Of a stretch of 37,030 nt of DNA, positions 34,982-37,030 are shown one piece after another (position 1 is the stretch's first letter; every line of letters starts with the position of its first letter). The DNA is from Perkinsus chesapeaki ATCC PRA-425. Lineage: Eukaryota > Protista > Perkinsozoa. The stretch spans positions 1-37,030 of the forward strand of contig JAAPAO010000356.1 in the NCBI GenBank assembly GCA_013115145.1, in the 5' to 3' direction. Under the pieces are notes generated by a model that was given only the letters and a program-made list of their open reading frames with translations, was not told the origin of the DNA and made no database searches. The position numbers and the translations under genes are program-made.

Positions 34982-36867
34982 TTAGAAGAGAACATTTCCT
35001 TGCTCTTTCTCCTTATACAGTGTCTCATAGTACTGATAGATGATGGTAACTAACAGAATCATTTCAACAGCAACGAAATTGATAATGACTTACCCGCCAG
35101 CAAGATACCAGTTCCCGAGCCAATGGCACCGAGCATGTCCGCGAAGATGGTAAGAGCACCAATACACATACCTGAGAAGATTTACTTCACGAGACCTACA
35201 GAAGGTATTCTTACCTCCGAAAGCAGCTGCGGTGGGGATGTACATGTTCAAGACATGTAACAAAGAGGTATCACGATGGCCAGAGAAAATCATCTGATTG
35301 AAACTTTTGACGGGGGGAAGGAGAAACTGTCTTGACTCACCTCCTGATCTCTGAGCTGCTTGGCAACGTCCTTCGGGCTGCTGCCGCTAACCTCGATCCA
35401 GGTCTTAGCGAACAGAGCACAACTGGTAAGGACGAAGGTAACATAAACAATGACATGGATAGGATCGCTGATAGCATCAGTGAAGCTATTAGGGGGAGAT
35501 ATGTAATAGGCAATGCCACCAACAGGGATGGACTGAGTACCCGCCATATCAACATCTTGCCACTGACCAAGCAGATTGACAATCATGTTATTCTTGAATC
35601 TAAGAGCCCCAGTATAGCCTTTCCTCACAGTCGTATAAAGCTGCTCACCTTCTATACAATATTTGCGAGAAGAAGTACAAGTTAGAGACGAGAGCCGTCT
35701 GGAGGATAATGGGGATGTTGGAGGTGTAGAACAGTTTAATAGGGTACGAACCAGTCTGACCACGAACCTTCTGATACCTGAATCCATAATAATGGAACGA
35801 TGGCAGGCATGAAGCAGCAGCTGACTACTTGATGGGTAGATTCACCTGGAAGCCTTGGAAGTAGATGACGACGAAAAACACGATCGCTGTGGCGAGCAAA
35901 TTAGTGAGATTGGGGGCAGTGGAGCGATAGAAGGCTTCCTTAAGAGCCATAAGCTTATCGTTTCGTGTGATCAACAAGTGGAAGAGAGCGATGATAGCTC
36001 CTTCAAACTCGGTACCTAATAGGAGCTGATAGAATCGGCCGGAGGCGAGCCACTGTAGGCTGATATCTTACCCTTGCCAGTGTTAAGAGTGGTAGGAGAG
36101 AAGGCCTTCCAGATGACATTCTCACAAAGGTTAGTGGCAATGAAGAGGGAGATACCCGATCCAAGACCGTAGCCCTTTTGGAGCAGTTCATCAAGCTAAC
36201 AAATAGGAATAATAGATCTAAGAACACAGTTAATGGGATTACCAACAGGACGATAACGCCGGCAAAAAAGAGCTGGATAATGATAAGAAGGGCATTGCCA
36301 GCACCGATCTCCGTGACATCACCGTACATACCAGACATAACATAAGCGGCGGCTTCACCAAGTGTTATGAGAATGCCCAACAGCTTTTGTGCACCCTAAA
36401 AGGAGATAGTAACGGTGATAGGAGGGAAGGCCACTGACATTGAAAAGTGCACGGTCCTCCTTCAAGCTCTGATCAACCTCAATTATCTTCGATCCAGCAA
36501 GAAGCTGCATTATCATACCGGATGTAATGATAGGCGAGATACCTGATGAGTGTTGGCTCCATGTTGTTTGGCAATGCTCATTCTTGTTAATGAGCCACGC
36601 GTACTGGACCCGCTTATGATCCCCCTAGAACTCACCAAGCTCCATCAAAGTCCCTCGATTAGAGGCCAGAATAACACGCATCCAATAAAAAGGATCAGCA
36701 TTCTTGTTGGTTGCAATACCATATAGAGGTATTTGACAACAGACAAGATAGATAAAAAGGGCCATAGCCGTCCACAGTATCTTCTCCTTGAACGGGATTC
36801 GCCTATCAGGCGATGCCACCTCAGGCATGAGGAACATCGCCGGGCGGATCAGATCAAGGAACCTCAT
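34982..36867 (-). CDS. SEC61A: Protein transport protein Sec61 alpha subunit, multi-exon
   Basis: MRFLDLIRP...[11 protein letters not shown]|ISPIITSG...[15 protein letters not shown]...[16 protein letters not shown]...[10 protein letters not shown]...[12 protein letters not shown]|VTIIYQYYE...*. Confidence 0.98.
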
Positions 36868-37030
36868 GATTTAAGGGACGGTTGATGAATGGTAACTAAT
36901 TAAAACCAGTCAAAGTAGCTCCAAGCCCCAGCAGCTCGGAGTTCGTTATTGAAATTCCATGGCGATTCACTACGCTCCGTCGAGCGCATCCATTGTCTCG
37001 CTCGCCAAGTAACGCTCGTAAGATATCTCT

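Overview
Gene-dense eukaryotic nuclear DNA with many very short (~35-60 nt) GT-AG introns. This architecture and the gene set suggest an alveolate, most likely Perkinsus (inference). Gene models were assembled by eye across introns, so exact exon boundaries are approximate. Recognisable genes: F-box/LRR protein, PAM18/TIM14, a large helical-repeat protein, a frameshifted lineage-specific repeat-domain gene, RIX1/PELP1-like, RPN9, three tandem ethanolamine-phosphate cytidylyltransferase (PCYT2/ECT) paralogs, FAM151/menorin-like, PRCC-like, CFAP91, a DnaJ protein, a small secreted Cys-rich protein, SVIP-like, NRDE2-like and SEC61 alpha. Two things stand out. (1) The intergenic DNA at 541-1192, plus a site near 15390, holds a dense set of palindromes with a single central base. 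Several have an exact 22-nt geometry (b1-b7, comp(b8), inverted b7-b2, comp(b1), b2-b8), which is what hairpin-mediated excision of an 8-bp-TSD (hAT-type) transposon would leave; no transposase was found in the window. (2) A partly decayed segmental duplication left three ECT copies with different fates: C is canonical, B has altered active-site motifs and an extra linker exon, and A has a stop between its two domains and is patchily gene-converted with C.
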